NCBI GenBank assembly: GCA_036172245.1
Contig: JAYWIR010000006.1
Coordinates: forward strand, 3,658,001 to 3,722,000
Direction: 5' to 3'
Source of the DNA: Raillietiella orientalis
Taxonomy: Eukaryota
DNA length: 64,000 nucleotides
Positions 48,501 through 62,510 of this stretch are shown here, piece by piece (position 1 is the stretch's first letter; every line of letters begins with the position of its first letter). The position numbers and the translations under genes were made by a program. Under the pieces are notes generated by a model. It searched no databases and was not told the DNA's origin. It worked only from the letters and a program-made list of their open reading frames with translations.

Positions 48501-51500
48501 CATCTCCTCCTCCTTCAATCCAACATTCCCTTAACATTGGGCTCAGTTCTTCCACAACGAGATCAATGAGAAGAGCTGATTCCTGCAAATTTTTCCTCAA
48601 ATTGCTATACTGCTGAAGCATTTTTGTGTATGGATAGCTGATCTGATCACAGACAAACCAATCCTCTGCACGTTCTGGCAGCAGGCCAGCATTAAGAAAC
48701 CAAATAACTACATCTAGATACTCAGTCAACAATTGCACAACTTCGCAATGAGAATGAAGCTTGGCTGAAACATGCTAATAAAAATAACTGCAAACTTTTC
48801 GCTACCTTTATCTAAAGGATCTCTCTTGCTAGCACAAATGGTAGTAAAGATTAGCCATAGAGTATGCATCTGGTCTGAAAGAGACTGCAATTTCTGTAGT
48901 AAACTCTGTTCTATTCCACAACCACTTAAATCGAATAAAGGTTTTCCTAAGATATGCAAGTTGGAAAAAGCAGTTACCAAAGAATGATCATACTATAAGC
49001 ATCCAGTTCATTCTTGAAGAAGGTGACTCTTTCCCATGCCCAGGATGTCAAAAAATCAAGTGTTCCAACACTCAGTGGGATGTTATATCCTTGACACCAT
49101 TGCTGGATGCTCAAGTCAAAAAATGCAACTTGCCTTTGTTCTAGTAACATGTTCAGCAAAAGATGAATTTGCACCCTCTGAAAAACCACAAGGGAAACCT
49201 AAGAACTGAGTTAAAACTACAATTTGATGTAATAGTACATAAATGCAATTCATTTTGCGAAAGTAGATTTTTAATATAAAAAACAGTTTGGCTAAAAACT
49301 TAACAAAAATGTTCATCTGTTCTGCAACAGGACAAAATGACTTTGATGAAATAATGCTAATCAAAATACAAAGAATACGTATGGCTTTCATGGAAAAGTA
49401 CAGTGTTGATTTTTTTTTGTGCGATGCTCCATAACACTGTTTAGAAACATTCAGAGAAATTTGGCAGCGATAGACCTGAAGTAATATCTCTTAGCTCATA
49501 ACAAACCAAAAACAAAGCCTAAGGATCACAAGAAAGAAAACACATGCTCTCCTTATAGCAATGGTGACTTAACAAACTGGACAGATTACAATGCAAGTTT
49601 ATCGCGTTTGTTGACAAGTTCTCAAATTTAAATGCTGCAAGCAACAAAAAAAAATCAAGGGATTTCTAGCTAATCTTCTTTCTAGAATTGAGTATAAATA
49701 TAAATCACACCGAAATCAAATGTTTCAACAAAATAAAAGATTACTTCTTTTCCACCAGTCCATAATCCATGTCCTTTCTTCACTCTAATCGTACTGTTCT
49801 ATTAAAATCTGCAATTGACCACACTTACACAGAACCATTCATTTCCATTAATGCTGCAAATACGCAAACCGAAAAGCTTTGCAGTGCTTTCCATTATCAA
49901 ACAATTATCTACCCTCAAAACTAGAGCGAAAATTATTTTCCATTTGTTTTAAGAAAAGAAAAGTAGATATTTATTACTGCAGCATGAAAAGCTAATGTAT
50001 ATTAAGAATATCATCAAAACTGAGAAAAGGCAACTGAAAAGGACTTACTTCTGTCATTTGTTGTGGAATAGCTGTCTTAGTTGATATCAATCCACAGTCA
50101 AGACTGGCTGCTAAGAAATCTTCTGTATACTCGAAAATAAAAACCCCTTTATGAACCATCTGCTGCATCATGAATTCCTGGATTCCCATAAAACTAACTG
50201 AGATTATGGAATGCGTAGTTAAACATCTCGCATCTAACGCAGGTTGGATGAATATCAAAATTAAAAAAGTTTCTTACTAAATGACAGTGACTGAGGATGA
50301 AGATGTTCAGAATGCTGAACACCTTTAGGCCGATGTAAAAATGGGCCAGCATGAAAAGAGTTTATAATTCTGCAATCTAAGAGCTGCTCTTTGTGACTAT
50401 CTATACATTCCAAATGGAAAGTAGCAAAAAAAGAGCACGAATCGAATTCAGTAACGACTGGACTGAATGGCATCAAGGCTTGATACCACTGATTGAGATC
50501 AAACAAGCCCAAATACCATTTTGGTGCATGGCCCATTTCTTGGGCTAACCAAACCACAGCCATTATCGTATGATCCACATCACTGTTACCTGTATGTCAT
50601 CAGATAAAAGCAGAAAAAAGTTCTTACTTACTGCTATCTTCCAGAGTACTACTACTAACTTGGATGAAAGGATTAAGTAAAGTATAACATGAAATGAGTT
50701 GACTAGAGATGTTTTTCTCTGGAATTTTGCAAGGGTTATGACTCAACTCCAACAACATCCGACAAGTGATAGCATGGATTCCCTATGAAAAGTTCTGAAA
50801 AATTTAGCTACCTTGATTACTACCTGATAACAGATACGACCATCTGTTGAATGCTTTCTGTCAAAACAAATAGAATACAACACTAGAGAAGCCAAGTTCT
50901 CAGAATTTAGAGATGACATTTTTGCATCTGTACCACTATAACCAACCCACAAATACACATAATTCCGAGGATCATTTTCAGGGTCTTGGAAAGTGAAGGA
51001 TGCTACATTTGTATGAGAAACTTCCGTATTAACAAATCTGAAATCACGAGATTTCTGAAATACCATTTAATTGATTGGAGTTTGCCTCACTTTAAGTATA
51101 TGCCATTAATTTTTTATGATTGCGCTTAAAGTTATTTCGAATTCTACAGAATTCAGTCAGTTTTTTTAAGGCACCGAATATGAAATCTCAAATCAATATT
51201 CATCTGCTATGCAACGTATTTATATATGTATGATGTTAATACTACCAATATAATAACAAACTGCCATGTTCACTAACTCCAACCATTATTTATGTAATAC
51301 TGAGCAAAAGGATTTGAATTTCTGCAACTTTGTTGATAGGACACCAACACATGTTATTAAACTCGTACACGCTTTAATGTCTTAACACTTCTTGAATACT
51401 TTGAAAATTTTTTCCAAGAGAATCTTAACAAAAGGGATGAACACTATATGTTCTGTACATGCATTCTCCCAAAAGGTGCACAATCTGGGCAATTAAACAA

Positions 51501-54500
51501 ACGGTTCTTATGAAATTATTGGCAAAATACTGCCTACTTATTATTCTGCATACTAAAAATAAATATCTAAATGCTATAATGTTGATTGATAAATAAGAAT
51601 TCATAATGAAAACAAAAAAACAATGTAAACAAAAATGCTGATATCTGGGAAGAATTTCATTCACTTTTCATATATTATAAGCACATTGAACTCTGCTCAA
51701 CATCTACAAAAGGCATGTCAGACTGTCACAGGAATTTTACACAAGCTTAACAAAGGTTTACAAAAAATGCATTTTAAAATGAACATATTACTTTTTAAAA
51801 CTTTCACACAAACTTGTCGCATCAAACATGCTTTCCCAATACATTAGAAAATTCATTAACAGATCTATAATTTCATTTCTTATTTACTTACTCTAGTGTT
51901 AACTGGGCTAAGTTCCAAAACTCTATTTTCCCATTTTGGAAGCCAACTGCCAAAACGGTAATTTCAGGAATATATTTGAGGCAGCTAACAGAATTATTCG
52001 TTTCTTGTTGCATGAATTCTGGAAAAATATTATCCTTCAAAATGGTATTTGTAAAGCCATTAATGAGCAAATAAATGTCACTGGGTATTTTCACTTGTGA
52101 TTTATTTTGGAAAAACTGTAATGATAATACAAGGATATATTCAGGGATAAAGTAAAAACATAAAAAAATCATTTGTATTACAGAATGTTGACCTACAACC
52201 AAGATTACATTCAGAAATATCAATAGTATTCAAATTATTACTGATGACAATCCTAGACACATTTAAATTAACCACATAGGTTCACTGTATGGGTTTAACT
52301 ATCAAGAGGTCATGCTAGTTTACTCAATAAATACAATGTGCGATTGCACAAAGGTCTTATGAACTTAGTGGCATAATAATTTACATAAATAAGGCAACAG
52401 TTGTACCATAATGATTCACAGATTGTTAATCAGGATGCAATCATGCTCACATTATATATCTGCAACTGAAAAGCAAAAAGACAACAATCAAGTAGTATTC
52501 TCGAGTATACTTCAAGAGCTCAGAAAAAAATACTGAAAGGAGGTTGATATGCTTACAATCTGCCAAGTTTAGGGAAACTTGAAGTATCAATAATTTACAT
52601 TAATTGTGGAAGATCGAAAATGTAGGATGTCACAAGTTAAGCCAGTATGTACAAAGAAAATATTTAGGTGGGATCCATTTTACTTTGGAAATAGTAATAA
52701 ACCTTATAAGCAATTGCACAGAAAATGATATAGTAGGTAATGGAAATTGTTGCTTATGTGCCATTAGCAGCAAGTCATAGTGGAAATAATGTACAAAGTA
52801 AAAAATATGCAATGGAAATACGAAATGCATTCGGAATTGAGAGTAAAGAGTTTGGTTCATACCAGCTGCTAGTGCTCAATACCAGCATTTTGGACTTATG
52901 ACACTAGAAAGACAAGGTAGTCTTTTGACTAAGGTACTAAAGGTAAAGGTGTTTCCACTCTCAACATATATGGATTACACAATGAACCAGTTATGAATAT
53001 GCACTTCAAGTTGGAGAACAATCACAAGATAGAAACATATGAGACCAACAATTGTGACATTAAAGTACTGAAAAGAACTAAGGTATATGCCCCTGTAAAT
53101 AACGTAGATAATAATCATTGATGAAGTTAATAACAGGGAAAGAGTGAAATGAAAGTTAGTGCAAATAATAAAAATGCAACATTAACCTTAGCAGTAACAA
53201 AACACACATGCCAATACCAAATGATCAAAGAATTACTACTAAATTCAGATATTAGAATGAAAAATGATCCAGTTAACTCAGAACTCTTAAATGTCTTCTC
53301 CAGTTTATACAAAAATTTTGCAAATTAATCACAATCACTGATAATCAAGGTAATAAGTTATTTTATTTTTTTTAAACTGGAGGTATTTCAAATGCTCTAT
53401 TAATAACAACACTGAAATAATTTTGCATATAGAATATCATTTCAACTGAAATTCTAGAAAATGAAAGCTCTCCCAGTACATTAATGCAACATATAAAGTC
53501 AATCTTATAGAGACAAAAAATACGTTTGGTTATACATTTGATTTCATTAGAAGCAAGCAGTGAAAATGAAACATACGCAAAGCAGAAATGAAAAAATCAG
53601 AAAACACCATGAACACGACAAAACAAAGCATGATCAGATATAAGATGAAAAACAAATATTTAAAAATTTTTGAATCCGAATGATAAATTCATAACAAAAT
53701 TCCATTGACCAAAGCAATTTTAAGAAGCAGAAAACAATAACTGAACATTCTGACAGTAAAACTTCTTTCTCAGTAAACCTATAGACTCCAAATGCAGGTA
53801 TTTCTCATAAAAATTTACGTAAATTATTATGCCATACTTCATTTTACAAATGATGTTGAAAATGCAAACTTAATTTGTAAGATCTAAAAATAATAATTAA
53901 CTAGAATCGTATAATTAAAAAGAATTGTGCTTGTGATCATGTGCATGATTAATATAGTAAACATTCAAAAAGCTTTAATTCATAACCATGAGATCTTAAT
54001 TAATCGACTGAAGACTTAATAAATTCAATAATATTGGCATGATGAGACTCTGGAATAGAAACTGGAACTGCTAAATGAAAATTTGGATTCTACATTCAAT
54101 GAAATTTGGTTTTAAGCCATCATATACTGTAATATTAAAACACAACCAAATCTAGATATGCATGCATTCAGATGTGTCCCCAATAAATTATCTGGTTCCA
54201 TGATTACAAGTATAAAATAAGCTAGTGAAGCATAATATCTAAACTTCTAGGATCAAAAGCAACAAGCAAAGAATAGATAACCAACATGCAGAAAAAGACA
54301 AAAATAATACAAAATCAAAGAGAACTAAAAGATTTTCATAACATTGCTTTTCTTCTTGACCTACAGAACTACATACCATGTAAAGGAACAGCCATATGTT
54401 TTTGATCATAGGAATGTTTCTTCCATCTCTCATTATTACAACTACCAATAAGGGTGATCTCCATAGGTATGGTTGGAATCGTGCTTTGAAATGCCTCATC

Positions 54501-56349
54501 ATTAATTTTATCCATGTTTAGGTCAACTAGGTAGGCATGTCCCTTAAGAGTACCCACACAAGCAATGCATTGCATTTCTTGTAACATTGGTTCCAGTGCT
54601 TTGGTTTCTGATTTACTGATCACCTCTAATGAACTTACCTAGAAAGGGAAAGGCACATTAGCTTTGCAATCACAGGTGAACAAGCACAGTACTATAGTAT
54701 ATGTAACAGGTAAAAAGGAATATCTGAAGGAATACATTTTTTGCTGACATTAGTTGAATGTATCTTTGAAAATGTAGTCACTGTACAGCATGGGTTGTGC
54801 ACATTTATAAATTTAATTATACACTATCAGTTAAACAATATATTGTCAAGCATAATTGACTTATTCAACAGAAAATCCTAAAAACATGAATGAAAAACTC
54901 GGGAATCCATTCAGCATATTTGATGAAAGCAACATTTGATGGAAGCAACATCTGAATAACTGATCATATGATGGGTTCCTGCTTTTATGTATTAAATAAA
55001 AGGTTGAATAAGACTGCAAGTTTACTGAAGTTCTCTACTTTTCCTTGTTCCTGTAGATTTTATACTTGTCATTCCATTCTCTTCTAATTCTTGAAGAAAT
55101 GCACAACAAATGCAACCCCAATTTTCATAGAAAGTACTTCTCTTCAAAATTTATCCAGCACTTTAAAAATTTTACATTTTGTATAATTCAGTATTCATTC
55201 ATATGTTACACACATCTCATCACCTCTTTACAGTTTTCCTCACTCTATCTTTATGTCACATTTCTACACAGGTAATTAAGGTAATTCCTCATTCTATATA
55301 AATGTACTTGAGTGACATAATCATTCTGATAATCTGTCAATATAAAATTTTAAAACTCCAATTCTAACTTTAGTTCTTAAGGTCCCACAAATAGCATTCA
55401 AATTCTTATCTTAATACCCTCTTCAGCATTCCATTCTCAAGCAGCCAGAAAGCCTCCTACATATTCACAAAGTTTTATCCCTTGAAAGCTACTTTTCCTC
55501 TTTCATGAAACTCCATATCATTATTCACAAACAGTTCTCATTTCTCCAATATGTACAAACTAGTGAATATTATTCTCATGTCTAAATTAATGCTAGTTTT
55601 CATTACAATCTGATTTTTTAGTTGTTCAACAGCTGGTAATATAATCTAATGTTTCAAGGGATCATTCTATGACAGGTGTATGTGACTTACAAATGTGATA
55701 AAGACTTACTGATTTTTTTGTTTTTTTTTCATGTTTACATTATTGAATGCCATGGAAATCATAATCACTCACAAAAACTATGTGGCAAACAGGAATGTAT
55801 GACCAACAGTTTTATACATTTTAAAAACACAAACATATCCGTAAATTTTCATCTACTTACTTCTTCAGGAATGCTAAAAATTCTGCAAGGATATTTCTTC
55901 TTATAATGAAGCAAGCAAATTAGTCCATAAGAATCGCACACATTAAGTGCAACCAAGATATAACCTCCAAAATCATTTTTGCAAGACTTCACAAGCTCAC
56001 AAATTCCAGTAACCTAGGAAATTAATTTAATTATCGATTACAAAATAGCAAAATTCTTACTGTCAAATTATTGATGGAAACTGAATCTTCCAACAACCAG
56101 TGGTATTGTCTACTTGAATCAGTATAAGACGAAATTGTTATAGCTGAATCATCATAGATTATTGCCCACATTCCATCTGCAAGCAATTTTGTAAACATGA
56201 TCGTAAAAACCATTTGCAACTCTTACTAAATTGCCATAAAATGTTCAATTACCTTGGGTTAATTTTCCATTTGAAGGATTCACGTTATTTATCCAATGCA
56301 ATGGGATAAACTTTTCCACTTTGGAAGGTGACAGTATATATTGCCGCAT
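45520..56349 (-). CDS. AHCTF1: Nucleoporin ELYS (AHCTF1/MEL-28), about 25 exons, roughly 1500 aa
   Basis: Motifs shared with vertebrate ELYS: LAVGFQNG...WNL, FTFQDPENDPRNYVYLW, YLGLFDLNQWYQALMP, VVIWFLNAGLLPE, GKYPPPSLQSLL, AFWLIDH and WQHKAII. Phase-consistent exons: 56349-56253, 56176-56061, 56013-55861, 54638-54377, 52018-51892, 51037-50824, 50782-50632, 50589-50278, 50233-50049, 49177-48994, 48946-48806, 48764-48371, 48317-48212, 48158-47882, 47830-47680 and 47639-47500. About 9 less certain exons follow, to a TAA ending at 45520. Confidence 0.93.
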
Positions 56350-57079
56350 GATGATTTAAGTTTCCACTTGCAAATTAAGTTTCCATCTATATAAAAAGTC
56401 ATTATCGAAATCGCAATGCTATGAATTACCTAATTCATGTCATAAACCGGTTGAAAGTCGAAATTTTTACGTTTCCCTTTGCATTGCCATAGGGATCGTT
56501 CCTGGATTCCAAAATTTTCAATCAAAACTTACAGTTTGAACAGATTCAGAGTAATAGTGGCACATCACATAGATCAGCATTATTAGCACAATAAACTTTT
56601 GTGAACACTGGTATTTTATCAACACAAAATACTAATTTTAACGATATAATAATTAATTTTCTTATTATGTGAAAAGGTTTCAACTGCTTGTCAATCCATA
56701 TCTCTGCATGTGATTACAATAAGCAAACAAATATTACAACAAACAAATATCCCGCACACACGTGGGTTGCAATAAATTCCAAGTACATTCATACAGCATT
56801 AGAATGTTTCACGCTGTGTTTTAAAAATAGATATGTTAGGTGTTTATCCATATTATCGGAAAATAAGGAAAAATTTTCCATTTCCTGTTGATGCTAAATG
56901 AGAAGCTCCTTTATCCTTAGCCTGTATGTTCAACATCGTTATATGCAACTGTAAATAAAAATACAAATCACGAGTTCACGTGAGATGTTTTTTCTGTGTT
57001 CAAAAAGTGCATTTTTATCAGCAGTCACATTTGATTTGATATATTTGATAATGAGAAGTATCGGTAAAGAAAGTTCAAC

Positions 57080-58690
57080 ATCTAAAATAGCCAACTAGTA
57101 GATTGTAATGCAAAAAGCTGAAAATTCAAACAGTGGGCTGTCATTTCTTGTCTTCCTAAGCACATATTCGAATGAACATCTCTATTATCTTTCTTGAATT
57201 GATTGGAAAAACACACTTTAACAGTGAAGCTGCTCTCGTGAGTACAAGGAGTTGTAAAGACTTCAAAGTTCAATGTCTACTTATGCTTAGATGCTTTCTT
57301 AGAAAAAAAATAAAATAAATGGCGAACCTCCCGTCATAATTTCAAGGTATTCTTTTGATTTCTTTGAGTCTTTTGAAATGTAATTTCCGTCTCGTTTACT
57401 GACAATTGCTAACTATCACTTGCATGATTCCCTCAATCAACAGTTACAGCAACAAGATGTCTTATCCCAAACACATCTTATGCATTCTGTGAAGTCTTTG
57501 CTGTGTTATGGCAGCGTAGACCTATTTAATCTTGCTGTTCTCAGTTTTGTGACTTTTTCGAAATTTCTACATCTCTATAATTTATTTATAGAGCAAAGAG
57601 CGGATCCGCGATTTCTTTGCGATTTCCATATCTTCGACAGCTATGGTCAGCCTTTTTGTCGCAATGAACAGCATGTTTGTTCTAGGAATGTGCGAGCTGC
57701 AATTCACTTCAGAAGTGTGGAGCAGTCCCAATTTTAGACACAGAATGCGTTAAATTCTTGAATTAAAGACTTTTTTTTTGCCTGTTTATTTCCATCTTTA
57801 TGTTACATAGGTGCCTTCTAATTTGACCACTTTACACCACTGGTTGTACCGGGAATAGAGTAGAAAACACTTGCAGTTCCAGAATAATTTCTTTGAATAA
57901 CGCAACTCTACTTGCAAAATTCTTCGCTAATTTTTTGACATCCCTTCCTATATTTGGATACACCAGATTTCGGGTGCATTGCATGAAGGTGAAGAAAGGT
58001 ATGGTGTCGTTGTTGAGGTGCATCGAGCCAGCATTTGGCTTCACATGATGATGGAGGACAAGGAAGACATCACCCGCAAAATAGGGAACCTTAGCGTTGA
58101 GCTCCATCTATGGCTACATCCACAGTTTTTTCATATGGCAAGTTACGTTTTAATGATTAGAGCTCCACTTCCATCAATAAGTCTGTCCCTTTGGTATTTT
58201 TTTTATCTCGAATTGGAATTCGTTGGATCAAATCCTCAGAGATACTCATCTTTTGTTGACTGTTCCAATGAAAATTAATAACTGGGTTCTGTTTGTGATA
58301 TCATATTCCTCAACAAGTGCCATTTTCCAAATAAATAACCTCACGATCTTAACAGCTGTTACAACGCCATCTTTAACAAACTCTTCTTTCAAATCCAGTT
58401 AAAGATGTTTATCAACAGTTTACTAATTGCGTAGTGTGCACACTCGATATTGAGATTTTCAAGCCAAAGATTTGTCATTCACTGCTGTTGCAATCCCAGA
58501 GTCTGTTTCAAACGACACATTTCTCTCTTTGGATCTTCCCCAATAGGTTTTTAGAATTGTTCGTGTTTTGTGGTGAGATAGCTCTCCACGTTACATTTTT
58601 TTCGTAGCTGCAACATATTTAGGACAAATCAAGTGGCAGTTTTCTTGTTTACTTTTGTAAGGAAAAAAAACCAACTAGATTTCAACTGCT
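57080..58690 (-). mobile_element. hAT (Charlie/GTF2IRD2-like) transposase relic
   Basis: Colinear remnants WFFFLTKVNKK, KCNVESYLTTKH, LKQTLGLQQ, EEFVKD, EDLIQRIP..TKGTDL and KTVDVAIDGA (catalytic DGA) at about 58050-58690. Many stops; the 3' boundary is uncertain and no TIRs were identified. Confidence 0.65.
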
Positions 58691-61600
58691 GCTGATCATT
58701 GCACAGATTCGTTTTCTTACCATTGCCGATATGACATTGAAGAAGTACATTTGTAGGGATTGGAAATATTATATTAAACATCCCGAAACGAAAAGAATTG
58801 TCCAAACTTGTACATGGATTTAAGTGCATGTCTTAAGATGCCTTTGAACTTAGAACTATGAAAGTGCTCCTCCCCAAGCTAACATCCCATGCAACGGCAA
58901 ATTCTTTTGTACATAGGACGCTGCTCACCGTACATTTTCATTGCCTACCTTAAAATTTGTGAGGTAGTAAATATAAATCAGAGAGTACCATTGTGAAAAG
59001 TTATATTCGTAATAGTTTAATCAAAAAGGGATAAGTGGTCTGCGAAGGAGGCAGCAGACTGTTCATCTCTGATATATATAAAAACGAAGATGAAAGCATG
59101 GTCAAGTTAAAGATCAATATCATTTAAGAAACTTGCAAAAACGAAAGCCAACCTAATCAAGCGTACGCATTGACTCATGAATCCAAACAAGATGGCGAGC
59201 CTGCTTTTCCACGTTCAGTTTCTTTTTACCTTGGCTTATGATAGACCCAGAGCCAGTGCCTGACTTCAGTAGAGATGCTCCAACGGAACTCATTTAGGCA
59301 TTACTGCTTACTATCTCCCAAAGTAGGGGAACCAGTTAAGGCCACGGACGAAATCCGTGACCATTTTCATCTGGAGATGGAGAAGGGAGCACGCGCCAAC
59401 TTCCTGACAAATCAGCTCACTTAAACAGCTTATTCTTAGAGCTGCAAATCGCTGATATCAAAAGTAGCGATCCGTCTTGTGCGACATTTTCTATTCAGTG
59501 TACGTTAACTCGGTTATTCCACATGGACTACTTTGAGTTGTACATAGTTTTTTGTTTTCCAGCTACGAGATATTACTTCAATGCAAGATCTACATATTTC
59601 TGTTTTTTCTGTCCTTGTAACTGATCTCAGGAATGAGGTGAAATGACTTCAGCAAAATTAGAAAACAGTATCACGACAAATGAACCCGACTAGTCACAAT
59701 TCTATTGCAAACCTCAAATTTATGGAGTTTTTTTTTTCTTTGTAAACAGAATTTTGACCCTTTGTGTTTCACATTCATTTTATCGGTTTCGACAAAGTGA
59801 TTAGAGGTACTGTGAAACTTTCGTTTCATAAACTAACAACCTCCACCTTTTATCAACAATTTCAACGACGCTATTTTGTTAAATCACTAATTTTCGATAG
59901 CTGCATACTTTTCCAAGCCAAACAATTTTGTTTGAGAAATTATTCACTCCCAGATTTAATGTACAGTGCAACCTTTGATCAGCGCACTGATTTTTTCCAG
60001 TTGAGAGAAGCTTTTCGTCCGTCTCTGGGCACTGATCAAACAAATTGCAATTTAAGTGGTTGACATTGGCACCCCGTATTCGGTATTTCCCATGAAATCG
60101 TCGAAGAGCTTCCTTTAATGCAAGTCTGTTGTGAAATCAAATTGGAGTAAGACTTGGCTCATGGAGTACGAATTCAGAAAACTGAAATTTGCATGCTGAG
60201 AAGGACGAAGAAGGTTTTATGTGAGATGCATTCCACGTATGGGTCGAAACAAGCTCAGTGTTTCTTATTCACATTTATACAATGACTCTGTTGTGTATTC
60301 TATTTTTACAGTTGAAGAACACAGCAAAGCATTACAATTCCGAAGGAAAAAAAGAATCATGGCGATGAAGGAGCTGAAACATTTATTTCCTAAATAAATA
60401 TCTCTGCAAACGTATTGAACTCTTCGGAAAAGTGGTTTTACAAAAAGTTAATAGCCTGAGAAGATTTGATAGCTGTTAAGTTTCCTTCTTCATTATATGT
60501 ATTATGTGGCCTTCCCATTTCTTAGTAATCGTGCCAACCAAAACCCTTTGTCTATATAGCCCCTGTAAGAAGATATGATCAAAAAGGCTCTTTGAATAGC
60601 TGGTTTATGTCCTATTCATTAAAAATTAAATAATTATGATCGCAAATCAGAAAATTATGAAAGCCATTGAAAGTTAGAAAACGACAAAATTTGACTGTCA
60701 AAAAGTTGCTGAAGACAACTGTTCAGTTTTAGTCTTTGCAAATATTGTTAAAATTGGCATTTCTTTTTTACCAAATGAGAATTTCTAATATTCTTGATAT
60801 CAACAGTACTAATATGATTGTTTTTTTACTAGCATTAGCTTATGGATAGTCATTGGATCATTTAATTTTGCTCAAATTTCTGAACCTAATAAATATAAAT
60901 TGGAGCAACTCACTTGAAAGAAACTATAAAGATGAAAATTACAAAGTATGAAACGTGAAAATCCCTCAAGCATGATCATTTCTATAATTGTTTTTCATTT
61001 AGGGAGCCAAGCCAGAGGCCAAGGCTGGCAACAAGAGACAAGAAACTGAATGCTGGCAAGAATGACTTACAGATAGTTTAAACTTTCATGATCAAAATCA
61101 CAAAAAATACAAAGCAAGAAATCAACAGTGAAATCCAAACTCATTATCCCCAAAACAGCTTATTGGCATACATAAATTGGCAGATTTATACTACAGATGC
61201 AGTGCAACAGTATCTAACAAAACAAAGCATAAAGATTGAACTCATAGGAAAGCTAGAACAGACAGAGACTGATTTGCTGTGAAGATTCTTACCAGAAAAA
61301 TTTCAGTATTACATCGTTGTTTTATTTGTTTTGTGTATGTTATTTTTTCTCCATCTGTTCTAGCTTTCAAAAAACAAATTTCAAAGTACAAATCAAACAA
61401 CAAAGCATTACTGAAATTTTTTTGGTAAGAATCTTCACAGCAAATCAAACATTCTTAGATAAATAAAATACTCAGTAGAATTGGGGAAAAATAGTTCTAA
61501 ATTGGATTTCATGTAAACATAAAACTGCTTCTAGAAATCCTCTGAGTAACTTTTGCAAATCATGGTTTCTGGTCAACTAAATCTTATGCACTTATATGTC

Positions 61601-61767
61601 CATGACCATTTGTTTGGATCACATTTCTTTCTAAATTTTGTGTTCTGGTACTTGCAAAGCAAATTTTATTGTATCGTAACGCATAGGCCGTTTGCCTACT
61701 AAACATTAGAAACCGTCAAATGCACTCATTCGTAATCAGCACTGAAATGTTATGCATGAAAATGCTT

Positions 61768-62117
61768 CTAATATGAATCTACAGGAGGAGATGGTTCATA
61801 ACGTTCGGACAGCTTTCCTTGTGAATACAGTTTGCTTCTCTGCTTTCTCATGGCTTCAAGACGTTGGCCCTAAACAAAGAACTGATATTGCAACTTTAAG
61901 GAGTAGGCTATTTTTTAACCACCTGTTTTCTTCTTCCGTTACATTCGCGAACATCATGCAGTATATCTTCGCAGACACTTCGTGCTTTCACACTTCCATA
62001 TGCTTCCGCACATGCAGCATAACGAAGAATAAAATCTCGACAACGAGTTGTTTGTCCAGTCTTAACTGTAGAAGTTAAATCTGTTAAGGGCAATCTTAAA
62101 AATGGGTTAATATCCAT
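61768..62117 (-). CDS. NDUFS5: NADH:ubiquinone oxidoreductase 15-kDa subunit (NDUFS5), 2 exons, 98 aa
   Basis: Exons 62117-61923 and 61869-61768 (53-nt GT-AG intron, phase 0). Protein MDINPFLRLPLTDLT...CRDFILRYAACAEAYG...CEDILHDVRECNGRRKQGQRLEAMRKQR...PPVDSY has twin CX9C motifs and matches insect ND-15. Confidence 0.92.
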
Positions 62118-62510
62118 ATTTCTGCAACTAATTTACCACGGTTGGGTCTTAAAATACGTCCCGCACGATTACCAGCTGACGGGCAATATAATTATTCATT
62201 GAGATGAAACTTGTTTTAACAATTGTAGCGATCGTTATTTCATCGTCCTAACTGGGCTCAACAGGTTCATACAGTTAAATAAACAACTACTTCGATATTG
62301 CGCCCACTATTTTCAGAGGTTTTCATCCATGTGGAAACAATTTACAACTTTATCACCTACTTTACTGTAACAGCAAACATCAAACCAATGCTCCAATAAT
62401 CGCGCATGGCTTAACCTTGCTGAAAATCAGTAGCAGTCCAGGAAAATAGGAAAACTCTTTCGACTATCTAGTACGAAAAGACAAATAGAACCAAACAAGA
62501 AGTACACTAG

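Noticed and set aside
59190..61100. Splice-like exon fragments on the + strand between the hAT relic and NDUFS5
   Set aside because: No consistent reading frame or recognisable product could be assembled; expression data are needed.
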